Notes: a model not told the origin generated them from the letters alone. Shown: positions 1 through 10,715, counted from the stretch's first letter. The stretch is DNA of 64,000 nt from Patescibacteria group bacterium (GCA_023484515.1 JAMDAY010000001.1:758-64757); one strand, 5' to 3'. Translations and numbers: made by a program.

Positions 1-1
1 T

Positions 2-2158
2 TCCGGCATTATTACCGTTTTAGCTGCCGCCTTTGACAATGTCGCCATTTCTTCCGTCCAGTTTAAGGCAGATAATATTAACTTAGGCCTGGAAGACATG
101 GCTTCTCCCTATATCACCTTCTTGGACACCGCTGCCTTAGCTAACGGCCCCCATACTCTTACGGCCACCGCCAAGGATAGTTCCGGGAATACGGCTAGTG
201 CCACAATTAATATTATCGTAAACAACCCGGTTCCCGACACCTATCGTGTCAATTCCGGCGGCTTGGCCTATATTGACAAGTCCGGCAAACAATGGAGCGC
301 TGATGCCAAATATACGGGCGGAAATACCTACCAGGTAACTTCCGCCATGGCCAGTACCGAAGACGATTCTCTATACCAGAATGAGCGGTTTGGCAACTTT
401 TCCTATGTTTTCCCCGTATCCAACGGTTCCTACCGGGTGACCTTGAAGTTTACCGAACTCTACTGGAATTATGCCAATGCCAGGAAGTTCAATGTCTCCA
501 TCAATAACACCCAAGTCCTCTCTAATTTTGACATCTTTGCGCAGGCCGGAGGCAAAAATATCGCTTTGGATAAATCTTTTACCGTTAACGTCACCAATGG
601 CCAGGTTGTCATTCAATTTACTACCTTAGTTGACAATGCGGCAGTTGTGGCGGTGGAGGTGGTAAAATCTTCATCTGATATTGATGCTGTACCTCCTTCT
701 GTACCCGCCGGCCTCTCCGCCGCCGCCGTTTCTTCCAGCCAGATTAATCTTTCTTGGAACGCCAGCACGGACAACGCTGGTGTTGCAGGTTATCTCGTAT
801 ATCGCAACGGTTTTCAAATTGCCACCACAACCGATACTTCATATTCCAATACCGGCTTAGCCCCTTCGGCCGTTTATTCTTTTACGGTTGCCGCTTATGA
901 TGCATCGGGTAATGTCTCAGCCCAACCCTCTTCTGTCTCTGCGGTTACTCAGGCAGCCGTTATTGCACCTAGTTTGTTGGTAATTCAAAACGGGGATTTT
1001 GAAAACGGAACCACCGGTTGGAATTATTACAACAACGGTTCCGGTTCGTTTAACACGACAGCCGGTTATCAAGGACAGTCAGCCAGCCTGGCAATTGCCA
1101 GCGCCGGGAACAATAACCAGCTTTATCAGGCAGGTATGACTTTGAAACCAAACACTTCTTACCGCCTGACATTTATGGCTAAGTCTTCCATAGGGGATGA
1201 TATGTCTGCATCGTTGTTTCAGCATGTTTTCCCATACGTAAATTACGGACTTAGCGGTAAATCTTTCGACTTGACGAATGCTTGGCAAAATTTTTCCGTA
1301 GATTTTACTACTGCCAATTTCAGTAATACAGTATCCGACGCCCGGATTAGCTTTATCCTGAACGGTTATGCCCAAGATAGGGAAGTTTACCAGATTGATA
1401 ACGTGACTTTAGTTCCGGTTGCCGTTGATGCCGTACCGCCCACGGTTAATTTTACATCTCCGCCAAATAATGCCACGATTTCAGGAACCGCTACTTTGTC
1501 CGTCTCTGCTTTGGATAATGTTGCGGTTGCCGGGGTTCAGTTTAAAATGGATGAGTCCGACTATGGCAGCGAAGATACCTCTGCTCCTTATGCTACATCC
1601 TTGGATACTACGGCATTGGCCAACGGTGTGCACATCATTACAGCTACGGCTCGGGATGCTTCCAATAACCAAGCTTCCGCTACGGTTAATATTCTGGTAA
1701 GCAATACCGTTTCAGCAAATAGCTTAATACGCCTTAATGCCGGAAGTGCTGCTTATACTGACCCCTCCGGCTACAAGTGGGAAGGGGATAAAAATTATTC
1801 TGGTGGCTATAACTATTACAATAACCTCCCCATAGCCAATACGGAAAGCGATCCTTTGTATCAGTCCCAGAGGTATGGCAATTTCTCTTATGCGCTAGAC
1901 GTGCCTAATGGCTCTTACAATGTTACTTTAAAGTTTGCTGAAATCTACTGGAATTATGCCAATGCCAGGAAGTTCAATGTCTCCATCAATAACACCCAAG
2001 TCCTTTCCAACTTTGACATCTTTGCTGCTTCAGGAGGCAAGAATATTGCCATAGACAAGACTTTTCCGGTTACGGTCATGGACGGAAAAGTTAATATCCA
2101 GTTTATCACTGTCTTGGATAATGCACTGGTCAGCGCTGTGGAGATTACGCCGCTGTAA
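2..2158 (+). CDS. Large surface protein, 5'-partial: Ig-like (Big), malectin, Fn3, CBM4/9-like, Ig-like and malectin domains
   Basis: Frame is open from base 2 (SGIITVLAAAFDNVAISSVQF...). Two malectin-like domains (LYQ.ERFGNFSY...NGSY.VTLKF.E.YW...RKFNV.IN), Fn3 (LSWNASTDNAGVAGY.VYR), and an NGDFE carbohydrate-binding motif. Confidence 0.85.
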   Translation, partial: SGIITVLAAAFDNVAISSVQFKADNINLGLEDMASPYITFLDTAALANGPHTLTATAKDSSGNTASATINIIVNNPVPDTYRVNSGGLAYIDKSGKQWSADAKYTGGNTYQVTSAMASTEDDSLYQNERFGNFSYVFPVSNGSYRVTLKFTELYWNYANARKFNVSINNTQVLSNFDIFAQAGGKNIALDKSFTVNVTNGQVVIQFTTLVDNAAVVAVEVVKSSSDIDAVPPSVPAGLSAAAVSSSQINLSWNASTDNAGVAGYLVYRNGFQIATTTDTSYSNTGLAPSAVYSFTVAAYDASGNVSAQPSSVSAVTQAAVIAPSLLVIQNGDFENGTTGWNYYNNGSGSFNTTAGYQGQSASLAIASAGNNNQLYQAGMTLKPNTSYRLTFMAKSSIGDDMSASLFQHVFPYVNYGLSGKSFDLTNAWQNFSVDFTTANFSNTVSDARISFILNGYAQDREVYQIDNVTLVPVAVDAVPPTVNFTSPPNNATISGTATLSVSALDNVAVAGVQFKMDESDYGSEDTSAPYATSLDTTALANGVHIITATARDASNNQASATVNILVSNTVSANSLIRLNAGSAAYTDPSGYKWEGDKNYSGGYNYYNNLPIANTESDPLYQSQRYGNFSYALDVPNGSYNVTLKFAEIYWNYANARKFNVSINNTQVLSNFDIFAASGGKNIAIDKTFPVTVMDGKVNIQFITVLDNALVSAVEITPL
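459..519 (+). repeat. 61-bp exact intragenic repeat, copy 1 (copy 2 at 1944-2004)
   Basis: tctactggaattatgcc...cccaagtcct is identical in both malectin domains. Confidence 0.9.
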
Positions 2159-2180
2159 GATAAGCTATAATTGAACGTTT

Positions 2181-2214
2181 AAAACCATCCTCGGGATTAT
2201 CCTGGGGATGTTTT
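2181..2214 (+). terminator. Probable intrinsic terminator
   Basis: catcctcggga/tcctggggatg stem followed by tttt, just after the stop codon. Confidence 0.5.
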
Positions 2215-2493
2215 GATTGCGGCCTGACGCACCCGCGCTTCCACTATTTTTCTCTGGCCTTATTTATAAGCAATTCCCCGACATCCCGGAAATTTTTACG
2301 TTGACGCATATCCTTGGTCGTAAAAATTGTCCGGGATCTAAAAATTAGCACAGGCTGGATTCCGGATCAATTTGATATCTTAAAAATTGTCCGGAATGAC
2401 ACAGGAGGCATGGGAAGCGCAGGCGGGCCAGGTCGCGGCTCACATTGACGCTAAGCTGTTGACTTGCTATCCTAAAAAAGCAGACGGAATAAT

Positions 2494-2847
2494 ATGGATA
2501 AAATTATTGTTACAATCATTGGCCTGCTGGCTATGGGATTTGTCTATTGGTTTTTTTTAATGAAAAAGGAAAAGGCGGTGCAAGCCGAAAAATCTATAGA
2601 TATAATTGTCAAAGGCGGTTACTTGCCGGAAATAATATCCGTTCCCCAAGGCCAGCCCACTGTTATTAATTTTAAAAGGATTGATCAAAATAGCTGTTTG
2701 GAAGAAGTGGTAATGCCGGAATTCAAGATTAGGAAATATTTGCCCGTAAACCAAACCGTACCCGTTAACATTAATCCGTCCAAGACCGGGGAATTCCCGT
2801 TTTCCTGCGGCATGGGAATGTATCACGGGAAAATAATCGTCAAATAA
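2494..2847 (+). CDS. Membrane-anchored cupredoxin (CupA-like copper chaperone)
   Basis: N-terminal TM, GGY.P, SC, FSCGMGMYHG; directly upstream of copA. Confidence 0.85.
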   Translation: MDKIIVTIIGLLAMGFVYWFFLMKKEKAVQAEKSIDIIVKGGYLPEIISVPQGQPTVINFKRIDQNSCLEEVVMPEFKIRKYLPVNQTVPVNINPSKTGEFPFSCGMGMYHGKIIVK

Positions 2848-2937
2848 TTAGCTGCCAGGAATTGCGGAAAACTGCAGAACTTTTCCGCAGGTTCTCTTGC
2901 CGGCAGGCAGGCGCAGTTTCGGATAGCGGATAAATTT

Positions 2938-5160
2938 ATGTCCAACCAAACCAAACAATTCCATGTAAAAGGCATGCATTGCGCTTCGTGCGTAGCGGTT
3001 TTGGAACAGTCGTTAAAGAAAGTGTCGGGAGTTTCCGTAGCCAGTGTCAACCTTGCGGCGGAAGAAGCCACAGTAAAATATGATTCTGACCGGGTTTCGG
3101 AAAAAGACTTATCCGAGGCTGTTACGCAAGTCGGCTACCGGGCCGATTTTTTGGCCGCGTCCAAGTCCGGCGACATTTTGGAAGAAGAAAAACAAAAGGA
3201 ATTGTGGAATTTGCGCAACCTAGTCCTAGCCAGCCTTGTTTTGGGCGGCTTTATTTTATGGGGAAGCTTTCCGGTTTTGGCCGCAACCGCCCCCGCGTTT
3301 TTACGGAATTTTTGGACGCAATTTGCCTTGGCTGCCGTTGTGCAAATTTGGCCTGGCCTGGGGTTTTACCGCGCGGCCGCAAATTCGCTCCGCCACCGCA
3401 CCGCCAATATGGACACCTTGGTGGCGCTTGGCACGACCGTGGCTTTCGGCTATTCCGCTTTTGTGACTATTTTTCCTTCGCTGATTAAAAATGCGGGGAT
3501 GCAGCCAATGCCGTATTTTGACGTTTCCGCTTTGGTCATTGGCTTAATTTTGTTAGGAAGATATTTTGAGGCCAGGGCCAAGTCCGGCACCGGCGAGGCC
3601 ATAAAAAAATTAATCGGCTTGCAGGCCAGGACGGCCCGCCTAATTAAGGACGGCAGGGAAATTGACGTGCCCGCGGGCGAGGTAAAGGCGGGCGATATTT
3701 TGCGCGTGCGGCCCGGGGAAAAAATTCCGGTTGACGGCGTGGTTACGCAGGGGTATTCGGCGGTGGATGAATCCGCCGTGACCGGCGAAAGCCTGCCTGC
3801 GGACAAGGTGCCGGGAGACAAAGTTACGGGCGCAACCTTAAACAAAACCGGCAGTTTTCTCATGCAGGCCGAAAAAGTCGGGCAGGACACCATGCTTTCG
3901 CAAATTATCAAATTGGTGCAGGAGGCGCAAGGGTCCAAGGCGCCCATCCAAAGGATGGCCGACTCCATTTCTTCCTATTTCGTGCCGGTTGTCATAATGC
4001 TGGCCATACTGACTTTTATTATCTGGTATAATTTCGGGCCGCAGCCCCATTTGCTGCATGCGCTGCTGAACGCCGTGGCGGTTTTAATAATTGCCTGCCC
4101 TTGCGCAATGGGTTTGGCCACGCCCACGGCAATAATGGTCGGCGCCGGCAAAGGGGCGCAGGCCGGCATTTTAATCAAGGATGCGGCAAGCCTGGAAATT
4201 GCGCACAAGGTTAACGTAGTCATATTCGACAAGACCGGCACGCTTACGCTCGGCCGGCCGGAAGTGACGGATATTATTCCCATAGATGACGGCAAGGAGC
4301 GCGACCTGCTTATGATAGCCGCGTCCCTGGAGCGCGGCAGCGAGCATTCGCTGGCCGAGACCGTGGTCAAAATGGCGGAAAAGGAAAACCTGGTTTTAGG
4401 GGGCGTGGAAAATTTCCGCGCTTTGCCCGGTTTGGGCGTGGAAGGGTCTTTGGACGGCAAGCGCGTGACTTTGGGCAACCGCAAGCTGATGCAGCGGGAA
4501 AAAATAAATATTGCGCCCATAGAAGAAAAAATCCGAGATTTGGAAAACCACGGCAAAACCGTAATGATTTTAGGGCTAAACGGCAAAGCGGCCGGGCTTT
4601 TGGCCGTGGCGGATACGGTTAAGGACAGCGCAAGAACCGCGGTTAAAAAATTGCAGCAAATGGGAATAGAAGCCGTAATGGTTTCCGGGGACAACCAGCG
4701 CACGGCCGAGGCCGTGGCCAATGTCCTGGGGATTACCCGCGTGCTGGGCGAAGTGCTGCCGGACCAAAAAGAGCAGCAGGTCAGGCAAATCCAGGGCCAA
4801 GGCAGAGTGGCGGCCATGGTCGGGGACGGCATTAACGACGCGCCCGCCCTGGCGGCCGCCGACCTCGGCATAGCAATGGGCAGCGGCACGGACATAGCCA
4901 TGGAGTCCGCGGATATTACCCTGGTCAGCAAGGACCTTTCCAGCGTTGCCGCGGCCATAAACCTGTCCCGCCAGACCATGCGCATCATAAAACAAAACTT
5001 GTTTTGGTCTTTTGGTTACAATGCCTTGCTTATTCCCGTGGCTATGGGCCTGCTTTATCCGCCGTTCCATATTTTGCTAAACCCGGTATTCGCTTCCGCG
5101 GCCATGGCTTTTAGTTCCGTATCGGTAGTGTTAAATTCTTTGCGGTTAAAACGAATATGA
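2938..5160 (+). CDS. copA: Copper-translocating P1B-type ATPase
   Basis: GMHCASC HMA domain, [34 protein letters not shown]. Confidence 0.95.
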   Translation: MSNQTKQFHVKGMHCASCVAVLEQSLKKVSGVSVASVNLAAEEATVKYDSDRVSEKDLSEAVTQVGYRADFLAASKSGDILEEEKQKELWNLRNLVLASLVLGGFILWGSFPVLAATAPAFLRNFWTQFALAAVVQIWPGLGFYRAAANSLRHRTANMDTLVALGTTVAFGYSAFVTIFPSLIKNAGMQPMPYFDVSALVIGLILLGRYFEARAKSGTGEAIKKLIGLQARTARLIKDGREIDVPAGEVKAGDILRVRPGEKIPVDGVVTQGYSAVDESAVTGESLPADKVPGDKVTGATLNKTGSFLMQAEKVGQDTMLSQIIKLVQEAQGSKAPIQRMADSISSYFVPVVIMLAILTFIIWYNFGPQPHLLHALLNAVAVLIIACPCAMGLATPTAIMVGAGKGAQAGILIKDAASLEIAHKVNVVIFDKTGTLTLGRPEVTDIIPIDDGKERDLLMIAASLERGSEHSLAETVVKMAEKENLVLGGVENFRALPGLGVEGSLDGKRVTLGNRKLMQREKINIAPIEEKIRDLENHGKTVMILGLNGKAAGLLAVADTVKDSARTAVKKLQQMGIEAVMVSGDNQRTAEAVANVLGITRVLGEVLPDQKEQQVRQIQGQGRVAAMVGDGINDAPALAAADLGIAMGSGTDIAMESADITLVSKDLSSVAAAINLSRQTMRIIKQNLFWSFGYNALLIPVAMGLLYPPFHILLNPVFASAAMAFSSVSVVLNSLRLKRI

Positions 5161-6269
5161 TTTTAATTTTTATTTTTACCACCCAAATATTGCTTTTTCT
5201 GCTCCACTTTTTTCTTTACAAGAGCATGGTGAGGTTTTTAGGGGTGGTAAATCCGGCATATTTGGGTGCGTTAAGGATTATTTTGGGATTGTTGTCGGTC
5301 AGCTTTATGGCCGCTTCCCTGGCCGCGTTCCGTTATTTTAACGCGGCCACGCGCGCCGGTTATGCCCTGGCTGCCGGCTGGCTGGGAATGGTTTATTCTT
5401 TGCTTCTCGCGTCCGCGCTGCTGTGGCTGGTTTTTGCCGTCACTAAAATATTTAATCTACCGGTTAATTTCCGCCTATTCGGCAGTGTTTTATACGGCGC
5501 GGCAATTGTAATTAGCGTTTACGGATTTTTTAACGCCGCCCACCCCCGCATCAAGACTATTGAAATTACCTTGCCCAACCTGCCGCCTTCCTGGCAGGGT
5601 AAAACAGCGGTGTGGGTAAGCGATATGCATTACGGCCAAATTTGGAATGCGGGGACCGCGCAAAAAACCGCAAATGCCGTAAAAAACCTTAAGCCGGACA
5701 TTGTGTTTTTGGGCGGCGATTTTTTTGACGGGACAGCCGCCAATTACAATCAATTAACAGAGGTTTATAACAATTTGGGCGCGCCTTGGGGTACGTATTT
5801 TGTTCCCGGCAACCACGAGGAGTTCGGCGGCGACATAGACAACAACGTCTATGCCCGGGCCATTAAATTAACGGACATAAAAATTTTGCATAACGAAATG
5901 GTTAATATAGAGGGTATGCAAATAATCGGGTCGGACTTTACTTTGGTGCGCAAGGACGCGCAATTGCAAGAGATGCTTAATAATGCCGGCCTAAATAAAA
6001 GCCAGGCAAGCATTTTGCTGCGGCACGAGCCTTCGCTGGTAGGGACTGCGGCAAAAAACAATATTGGCCTGCAGCTTTCCGGGCATACGCACGGCGGGGG
6101 ACAGGTTTGGCCGCTGGAGATTTTTACGCACATGATTTACGGGGCGTATGACACGGGTTTGCATCAATTGGAACAGACAACCATTTACACTTCTACGGGC
6201 GCCGGATCCTGGGGCCCTCCCGTCCGCATAGGCAACCGCCCGGAGATTGTGCAAATAAAATTCCATTAA
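5157..6269 (+). CDS. Membrane-bound metallophosphoesterase (YkuE/YaeI-like)
   Basis: N-terminal TM helices; SDMH, GGDFFD, GNHE, SGHTHGG. Confidence 0.9.
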   Translation: MILIFIFTTQILLFLLHFFLYKSMVRFLGVVNPAYLGALRIILGLLSVSFMAASLAAFRYFNAATRAGYALAAGWLGMVYSLLLASALLWLVFAVTKIFNLPVNFRLFGSVLYGAAIVISVYGFFNAAHPRIKTIEITLPNLPPSWQGKTAVWVSDMHYGQIWNAGTAQKTANAVKNLKPDIVFLGGDFFDGTAANYNQLTEVYNNLGAPWGTYFVPGNHEEFGGDIDNNVYARAIKLTDIKILHNEMVNIEGMQIIGSDFTLVRKDAQLQEMLNNAGLNKSQASILLRHEPSLVGTAAKNNIGLQLSGHTHGGGQVWPLEIFTHMIYGAYDTGLHQLEQTTIYTSTGAGSWGPPVRIGNRPEIVQIKFH

Positions 6270-6860
6270 AATAAGGTTTTTTTACAATTTTATCCAAATT
6301 ACAACACATTTTTATAAAAATCCCAAAAATATGTGGAAAAAGTCTTGCAAAATATTTTTTTAGTGCTATATTAAAAAAGATCGGGAAGGGTGTAAAAAAC
6401 CAGGAGGCCGACAAAGCCTCTTTAAATTTGTGCGATAGCCTGACAGAGCTACGGGATATAAAGTTTCTTATGTCCTGTTTTTCATTTCTTGCGGTTCCAA
6501 TTTTGGAAAGGCAAATACAAGAGCCCAAACATTGAGCAAAAGCTTTTTGTTTGGGCTTTTATATTTGCCCTGGGTTATCTTTGACCGCTTAAAGTAAAAG
6601 AATAACCCGGGGCGAGCTTTAAAGGTCGACGCCTTAGGCTTTGCGTTTGGCAAAGCCGGCGGTTTTATGCCAACCTTCCGTTTCATTTTATCTTTTTTCT
6701 TGATAATTTTCAAGCGCAAGGCTGGTGGGTTCATAAGGAGGAGCAGCTAGTTTAGGCCCCCGGTTTGGGGCCAAGAATCAAAAAAGATCTTAGCTCCATA
6801 TTGGGGGCGTTCCCCCAAAGTAAAAGGGGTAAACATAATTAACAATTAATAAAAAATATT

Positions 6861-8069
6861 ATGAAAAAAATAATCATAAGCCTGTCCATAGTCGGCGCCA
6901 TTGCCGCAGTCGTAGTCTACGGCACCACGGCTTTCTTCAGCGATGAAGAAGTGTCGCAAAACAACACCTTCACCGCCGGCGCGATAGATTTAAAGGTGGA
7001 CAGCGAATGTTCGTATAACGGTTCTACTTCCACGCAATGCGGCACTTGGACAATGAAAGACTTAGAGCCTACTGCGGACCAGTTTTTTAAGTTTACGGAC
7101 GTTAAGCCTGGCGATTTTGGAGAAAATACCATTGGTCTGCAGGTCACCAATAACGACGCCTGGGTTTGCGCCGCTATTTCCGGCGTGACGGATTCGGAAA
7201 ATGGGCGGACAGAGCCTGAGGCCTTAGTTGACACGACCGACGACACTGGCGAACTGTCCAGTAAATTAGAAATGACCATTTGGAGGGATACTGATGGTGA
7301 CAATGTACAAGACTCGGAAGAAACAGTTTTGTATACTGGAAATCCCAAAGACCAAGTGTTAGCGCTTTATGACTCATCTACCCACACCGGCGCGTTAACC
7401 GGCGGTTCAACTGGGTATTTGGGTATTAAATGGGATCTTCCTGCAAATACCGGCAACGAAGTCCAAACTGACAGCATGACCGCGGACATTAGCTTTAACG
7501 TAGTGCAATCAAGAAACAATGACGATTTCCGCTGTGTTGCTCAAACACCGCAATATACGCTTGTGACGGGTGCTAGCCTAGTACGATCTTGGGATGCCGA
7601 AGCTAGACACGGAAAACTCGGTGCTGCTGATTGGGAATTAGGAATTGGTTTAAATACCCAAGGAGCAGACCAGCATAACAATCTAACAGGAACCGATCTA
7701 TATAATTGGCCGCAGGATGTAGCTATGCCATTTACCTTGACATATGACAAAAGCACCGGTGTAGCTTCTATGACGATAAGAGATGTGGAAGAAACATATA
7801 ATGTAGGAACCTCCGTGCCTGCAAATTCTAAATTGGCAATCTATCTCGGAGCTTCATCGGGAGTATCAGATAGCACCACTCTTCAAAATTTAGTTCTTAA
7901 CAGTACACCGATTAGCGGTAGTGTAGTTGCTACTGCTGGCGGTACTGCCAGTAACAATATAAGTGGTTTTGATTTCTCCCAAAGTTTTACTCTTACCGGT
8001 GAAGCGGTATTTAACTATACCGGTACGACCGGGTCAAGGCCTGGGTTTTCTCTAACCATAGGGCAATAA
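6861..8069 (+). CDS. TasA/CalY-family fibre subunit with SipW-class signal peptide and extra C-terminal beta-rich domain
   Basis: MKKIIISLS...GTTAFFSDEEVSQNNTFTAGAIDL; DVKPGD; GNEVQTDS..ADISF. Confidence 0.85.
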   Translation: MKKIIISLSIVGAIAAVVVYGTTAFFSDEEVSQNNTFTAGAIDLKVDSECSYNGSTSTQCGTWTMKDLEPTADQFFKFTDVKPGDFGENTIGLQVTNNDAWVCAAISGVTDSENGRTEPEALVDTTDDTGELSSKLEMTIWRDTDGDNVQDSEETVLYTGNPKDQVLALYDSSTHTGALTGGSTGYLGIKWDLPANTGNEVQTDSMTADISFNVVQSRNNDDFRCVAQTPQYTLVTGASLVRSWDAEARHGKLGAADWELGIGLNTQGADQHNNLTGTDLYNWPQDVAMPFTLTYDKSTGVASMTIRDVEETYNVGTSVPANSKLAIYLGASSGVSDSTTLQNLVLNSTPISGSVVATAGGTASNNISGFDFSQSFTLTGEAVFNYTGTTGSRPGFSLTIGQ

Positions 8070-8079
8070 AATTAATTCT

Positions 8080-9360
8080 ATGAAAAAAATATTAATTAGC
8101 CTTAGCGTTATTGGGGTTGTGGCGGCGGCTGCGGTTATAGGGACGCAGGCTTTGTTTACCGACCAGGAAACTTCTTCGGGCAACGTGTTTACCGCAGGGT
8201 CTATAGACCTGAAAGTAGACCATTTGGTGCAGACTTATAATGGCGTGAATTGCAATACTTGCAGTGTGACGGTTGTGAGCGACGCAACCAACGAAGTAGT
8301 GGCAAAATCGGAAAACGGGACTGATCCGGTAACATTGCCGCATCCTGCCGTGTTGGTTAACCCGATTAATCCTGCCTGGACGGCAAATGTGCCTGGCGCA
8401 AGCTGGATTTGGGCGCAGAACCCTACGCCAGAAGCAGAATACGGCATAGACACAATCTATACCTTTGAAAAAACCTTTAACTGGATGGGTCCGGTGACTG
8501 GAGCGACTTTGGTGCTAAGCATCGGCGCAGACAACAGTTACGAGGTGTATTTGAACGGAAGCCATGTTACCGGTGACAATACGGAGCAGAATTATAATAC
8601 CGCTGGTCAAGACGTTGTTAGCGGCACGCCTATTTCCGACCATATCGTCCAAGGAGTAAATACTTTGCGTTTTGTGGTTAAAAATTGGGCCAGACCTGCC
8701 GGTCAAACCTGGCTTAATCCGGGCGGCTTAATTTATAAATTAACCATAGACGGTAATTGCGGAGATAGCGAATTCAAAAACCACTGCACCTTGTTCGGCG
8801 AGAAAAATTTGGGGCCGGATGACCATTTCTGGATAATAGACGACGTTAAGCCGGGGGATTATGGCACAAACCTTATTAGCCTGCATGTAACTAGCAACGA
8901 CGCTTATGCCTGCTTGTATACCGGCAATACCGCGGATAACGAAAACGACCTGGTTAATGCCGAAACCAAAGCAAACGATGACACCCCAAATGAAGGCGAA
9001 CTTTCCAAGTATCTTAATGTGATAGTCTGGCCGGATAATGGCGACGGTATCCATCAGGTTTCCGAAACTCCCATATACAACGGGCCGTTAAATGAGGAGA
9101 TGACTTCGCGATTGGCAATTGTTGGCGGTGGGACTGAGTACTTGGGCCTGGCATGGTGTGCTGGAGATCAGGATATAGACAGCGAGACAGGGACAATCTC
9201 TTGCGACGGTTCCGGCAGCCAGAATGACGCGCAGACCGACTCGTTTGTAGCGGACCTGACCGCTTATGCGGTGCAGCAGAGGAATAATGGGAATTTCTCT
9301 TGCAGTGACCTTCGGCAGGTTAATGGTACGGTTGTAACCGGCGAAGGATTAAACGATTAA
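8080..9360 (+). CDS. Second TasA/CalY-family subunit with an inserted carbohydrate-binding-like domain
   Basis: GTQALFTDQETSSGNVFTAGSIDL; insert WIW...ADNSYEVYLNG...GVNTL...NPGGL; DVKPGD; NDAQTDS. Confidence 0.85.
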   Translation: MKKILISLSVIGVVAAAAVIGTQALFTDQETSSGNVFTAGSIDLKVDHLVQTYNGVNCNTCSVTVVSDATNEVVAKSENGTDPVTLPHPAVLVNPINPAWTANVPGASWIWAQNPTPEAEYGIDTIYTFEKTFNWMGPVTGATLVLSIGADNSYEVYLNGSHVTGDNTEQNYNTAGQDVVSGTPISDHIVQGVNTLRFVVKNWARPAGQTWLNPGGLIYKLTIDGNCGDSEFKNHCTLFGEKNLGPDDHFWIIDDVKPGDYGTNLISLHVTSNDAYACLYTGNTADNENDLVNAETKANDDTPNEGELSKYLNVIVWPDNGDGIHQVSETPIYNGPLNEEMTSRLAIVGGGTEYLGLAWCAGDQDIDSETGTISCDGSGSQNDAQTDSFVADLTAYAVQQRNNGNFSCSDLRQVNGTVVTGEGLND

Positions 9361-9503
9361 AGTTCCTTTTCCCGCCCGGCAGGCTGAAATATTTACTTAA
9401 TTATTTACTTTAATATTTAAGTAAATATTTACTTAAATCAGCCAAAGCCGGGCGGGAGGGGGAGGCTTTAATCTCTCTTGTTGATTTTTAAAGCAGCTTT
9501 GTC

Positions 9504-10076
9504 ATGAAAACCATTGGCAAAATAATTGAATATCTGCTTTATTTGGCAATTGCGGCTATTGCGGCTTTGGTGCTGGCCAGCGCTTTGCCCGTGCCGGGCG
9601 GGGTGAAGATTTTCGTGGTGCAGTCGGGCAGCATGGAGCCGGCCATTAAAACCGGCAGCGTGGTTATAGATATGCCGCAAGCCGCGTATAAAATTGGCGA
9701 CGTTATTACCTTCGGGCCATACAGCAAAGCCAAGCCCCCCGTAACCCACCGCGTTGCCGACTTCCGCCTGCAGTCCGGCCAGCCAATTTACATTACCAAG
9801 GGCGATGCCAACAACGCCGCGGATGCGCGGGAGGTTTTGCCGCGCGACGTAATCGGCAAAGTCAGGCTGGCCGTGCCTTACGCCGGCTATGCCGTGGCAG
9901 CCGCGAAAAAGCCTTTGGGTTTCGCCCTGCTTATTATAGTCCCGGCAGCCATTATTATTTTCAGCGAACTGAACAAGATTTGGACGGAAGTAAAAAGAAT
10001 GCGCGCGAAAAAGAAAGAATCCCCGCAGCCGGCAAAAGAGCCGCCGCAGCCGGCAGGCGAAAACCCCGGCTATTGA
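9504..10076 (+). CDS. sipW: Signal peptidase I, SipW/ER-type (Ser-His)
   Basis: VQSGSMEPAI, GDVITF, VTHRV, TKGDANN, IGKV; C-terminal TM. Confidence 0.92.
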   Translation: MKTIGKIIEYLLYLAIAAIAALVLASALPVPGGVKIFVVQSGSMEPAIKTGSVVIDMPQAAYKIGDVITFGPYSKAKPPVTHRVADFRLQSGQPIYITKGDANNAADAREVLPRDVIGKVRLAVPYAGYAVAAAKKPLGFALLIIVPAAIIIFSELNKIWTEVKRMRAKKKESPQPAKEPPQPAGENPGY

Positions 10077-10153
10077 TCTCCGCAAAATCAGTTGAACAAA
10101 TTTGGGCTTACTGAAAACAAAAATTATTCAAGATAATATGCGGGCCTCAATAG
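10070..10153 (+). repeat. 84-bp hairpin element, family H84, copy 1
   Basis: ctattga...tcaatag termini; 82/84 identical to 49337-49420; contains the sipW stop codon. Confidence 0.85.
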
Positions 10154-10172
10154 CCTAAGCAAAGCCGCGGAG

Positions 10173-10227
10173 CTTCTCCCCTCATAAGGGGAGATGTCGC
10201 GCCTGGCGCGACAGAGAGGTTGCAGCT
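10173..10227 (+). repeat. 55-bp palindromic REP-like repeat upstream of DUF559
   Basis: 52/55 identical to 10661-10715; ends immediately before the ATG. Confidence 0.9.
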
Positions 10228-10602
10228 ATGGTTAAAAGAATTATTTTTGAACCTTACTTAACCAATTCCCGCCAGCAAAGAAAGAGCCAAAATCCCTGGG
10301 AATCCAAATTATGGCAGCATTTACGGGCAAATAGATTTTATAATTTACATTTTAAGAGACAAGTTCAAATCGGATGCTATATTTTTGATTTTTCCTGCAG
10401 GAATAAAATGTTGTTAATTGAACTTGACGGTAGCCAGCATGGCGGGGAAATAATTTTAAGAAAAGACCGTGATAAGCAAAAATTTGCGGAAAAGCAAGGA
10501 TATAAAGTTTTAAGGTTCTGGAATAATGACGTTGACAAAAATACCCGAGGCGTTCTGGAAACTATTAAGGAAGCCTGTGGTATTAACACAACCTCTCCCT
10601 AA
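10228..10602 (+). CDS. DUF559 / Vsr-like PD-(D/E)XK endonuclease
   Basis: E..LW..LR, FKRQVQIGCYIFDF, IELDGSQH, GYKVLRFWN. Confidence 0.9.
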   Translation: MVKRIIFEPYLTNSRQQRKSQNPWESKLWQHLRANRFYNLHFKRQVQIGCYIFDFSCRNKMLLIELDGSQHGGEIILRKDRDKQKFAEKQGYKVLRFWNNDVDKNTRGVLETIKEACGINTTSP

Positions 10603-10628
10603 CCCTCCCCTCAAAAGGGGAGGGGAGC
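10589..10628 (-). repeat. Inverted shorter copy of the DUF559-associated repeat
   Basis: Reverse complement is gctcccctccccttttgaggggagggttagggagaggttg; overlaps the DUF559 stop. Confidence 0.75.
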
Positions 10629-10660
10629 TCCGCAGCCAGCCTTGGAACAGTGGCGGCAGC

Positions 10661-10715
10661 CTTCTCCCCCTATGAGGGGAGATGTCGCGCCTGGCGCGAC
10701 AGAGAGGTTGCAGCT
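10661..10715 (+). repeat. 55-bp palindromic REP-like repeat downstream of DUF559
   Basis: Direct repeat of 10173-10227. Confidence 0.9.

Noticed and set aside
459-2004. DGR template/variable repeat pair (also considered for 24470/26762)
   Set aside because: No reverse transcriptase; the first pair is identical and the second is non-coding with mixed mismatches.
2283-2400. Paired hairpins upstream of the copper operon
   Set aside because: They resemble common ggattccggatc...tccggaatgac REP-type palindromes; nothing further supportable.
3975-4988. Long antisense ORFs over copA and other conserved genes
   Set aside because: Shadows of codon bias on the coding strand; no independent motifs.
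6400-6720. c-di-GMP, c-di-AMP or T-box riboswitch
   Set aside because: ggcaaa and caaagcc occur, but the consensus order and stems could not be built.
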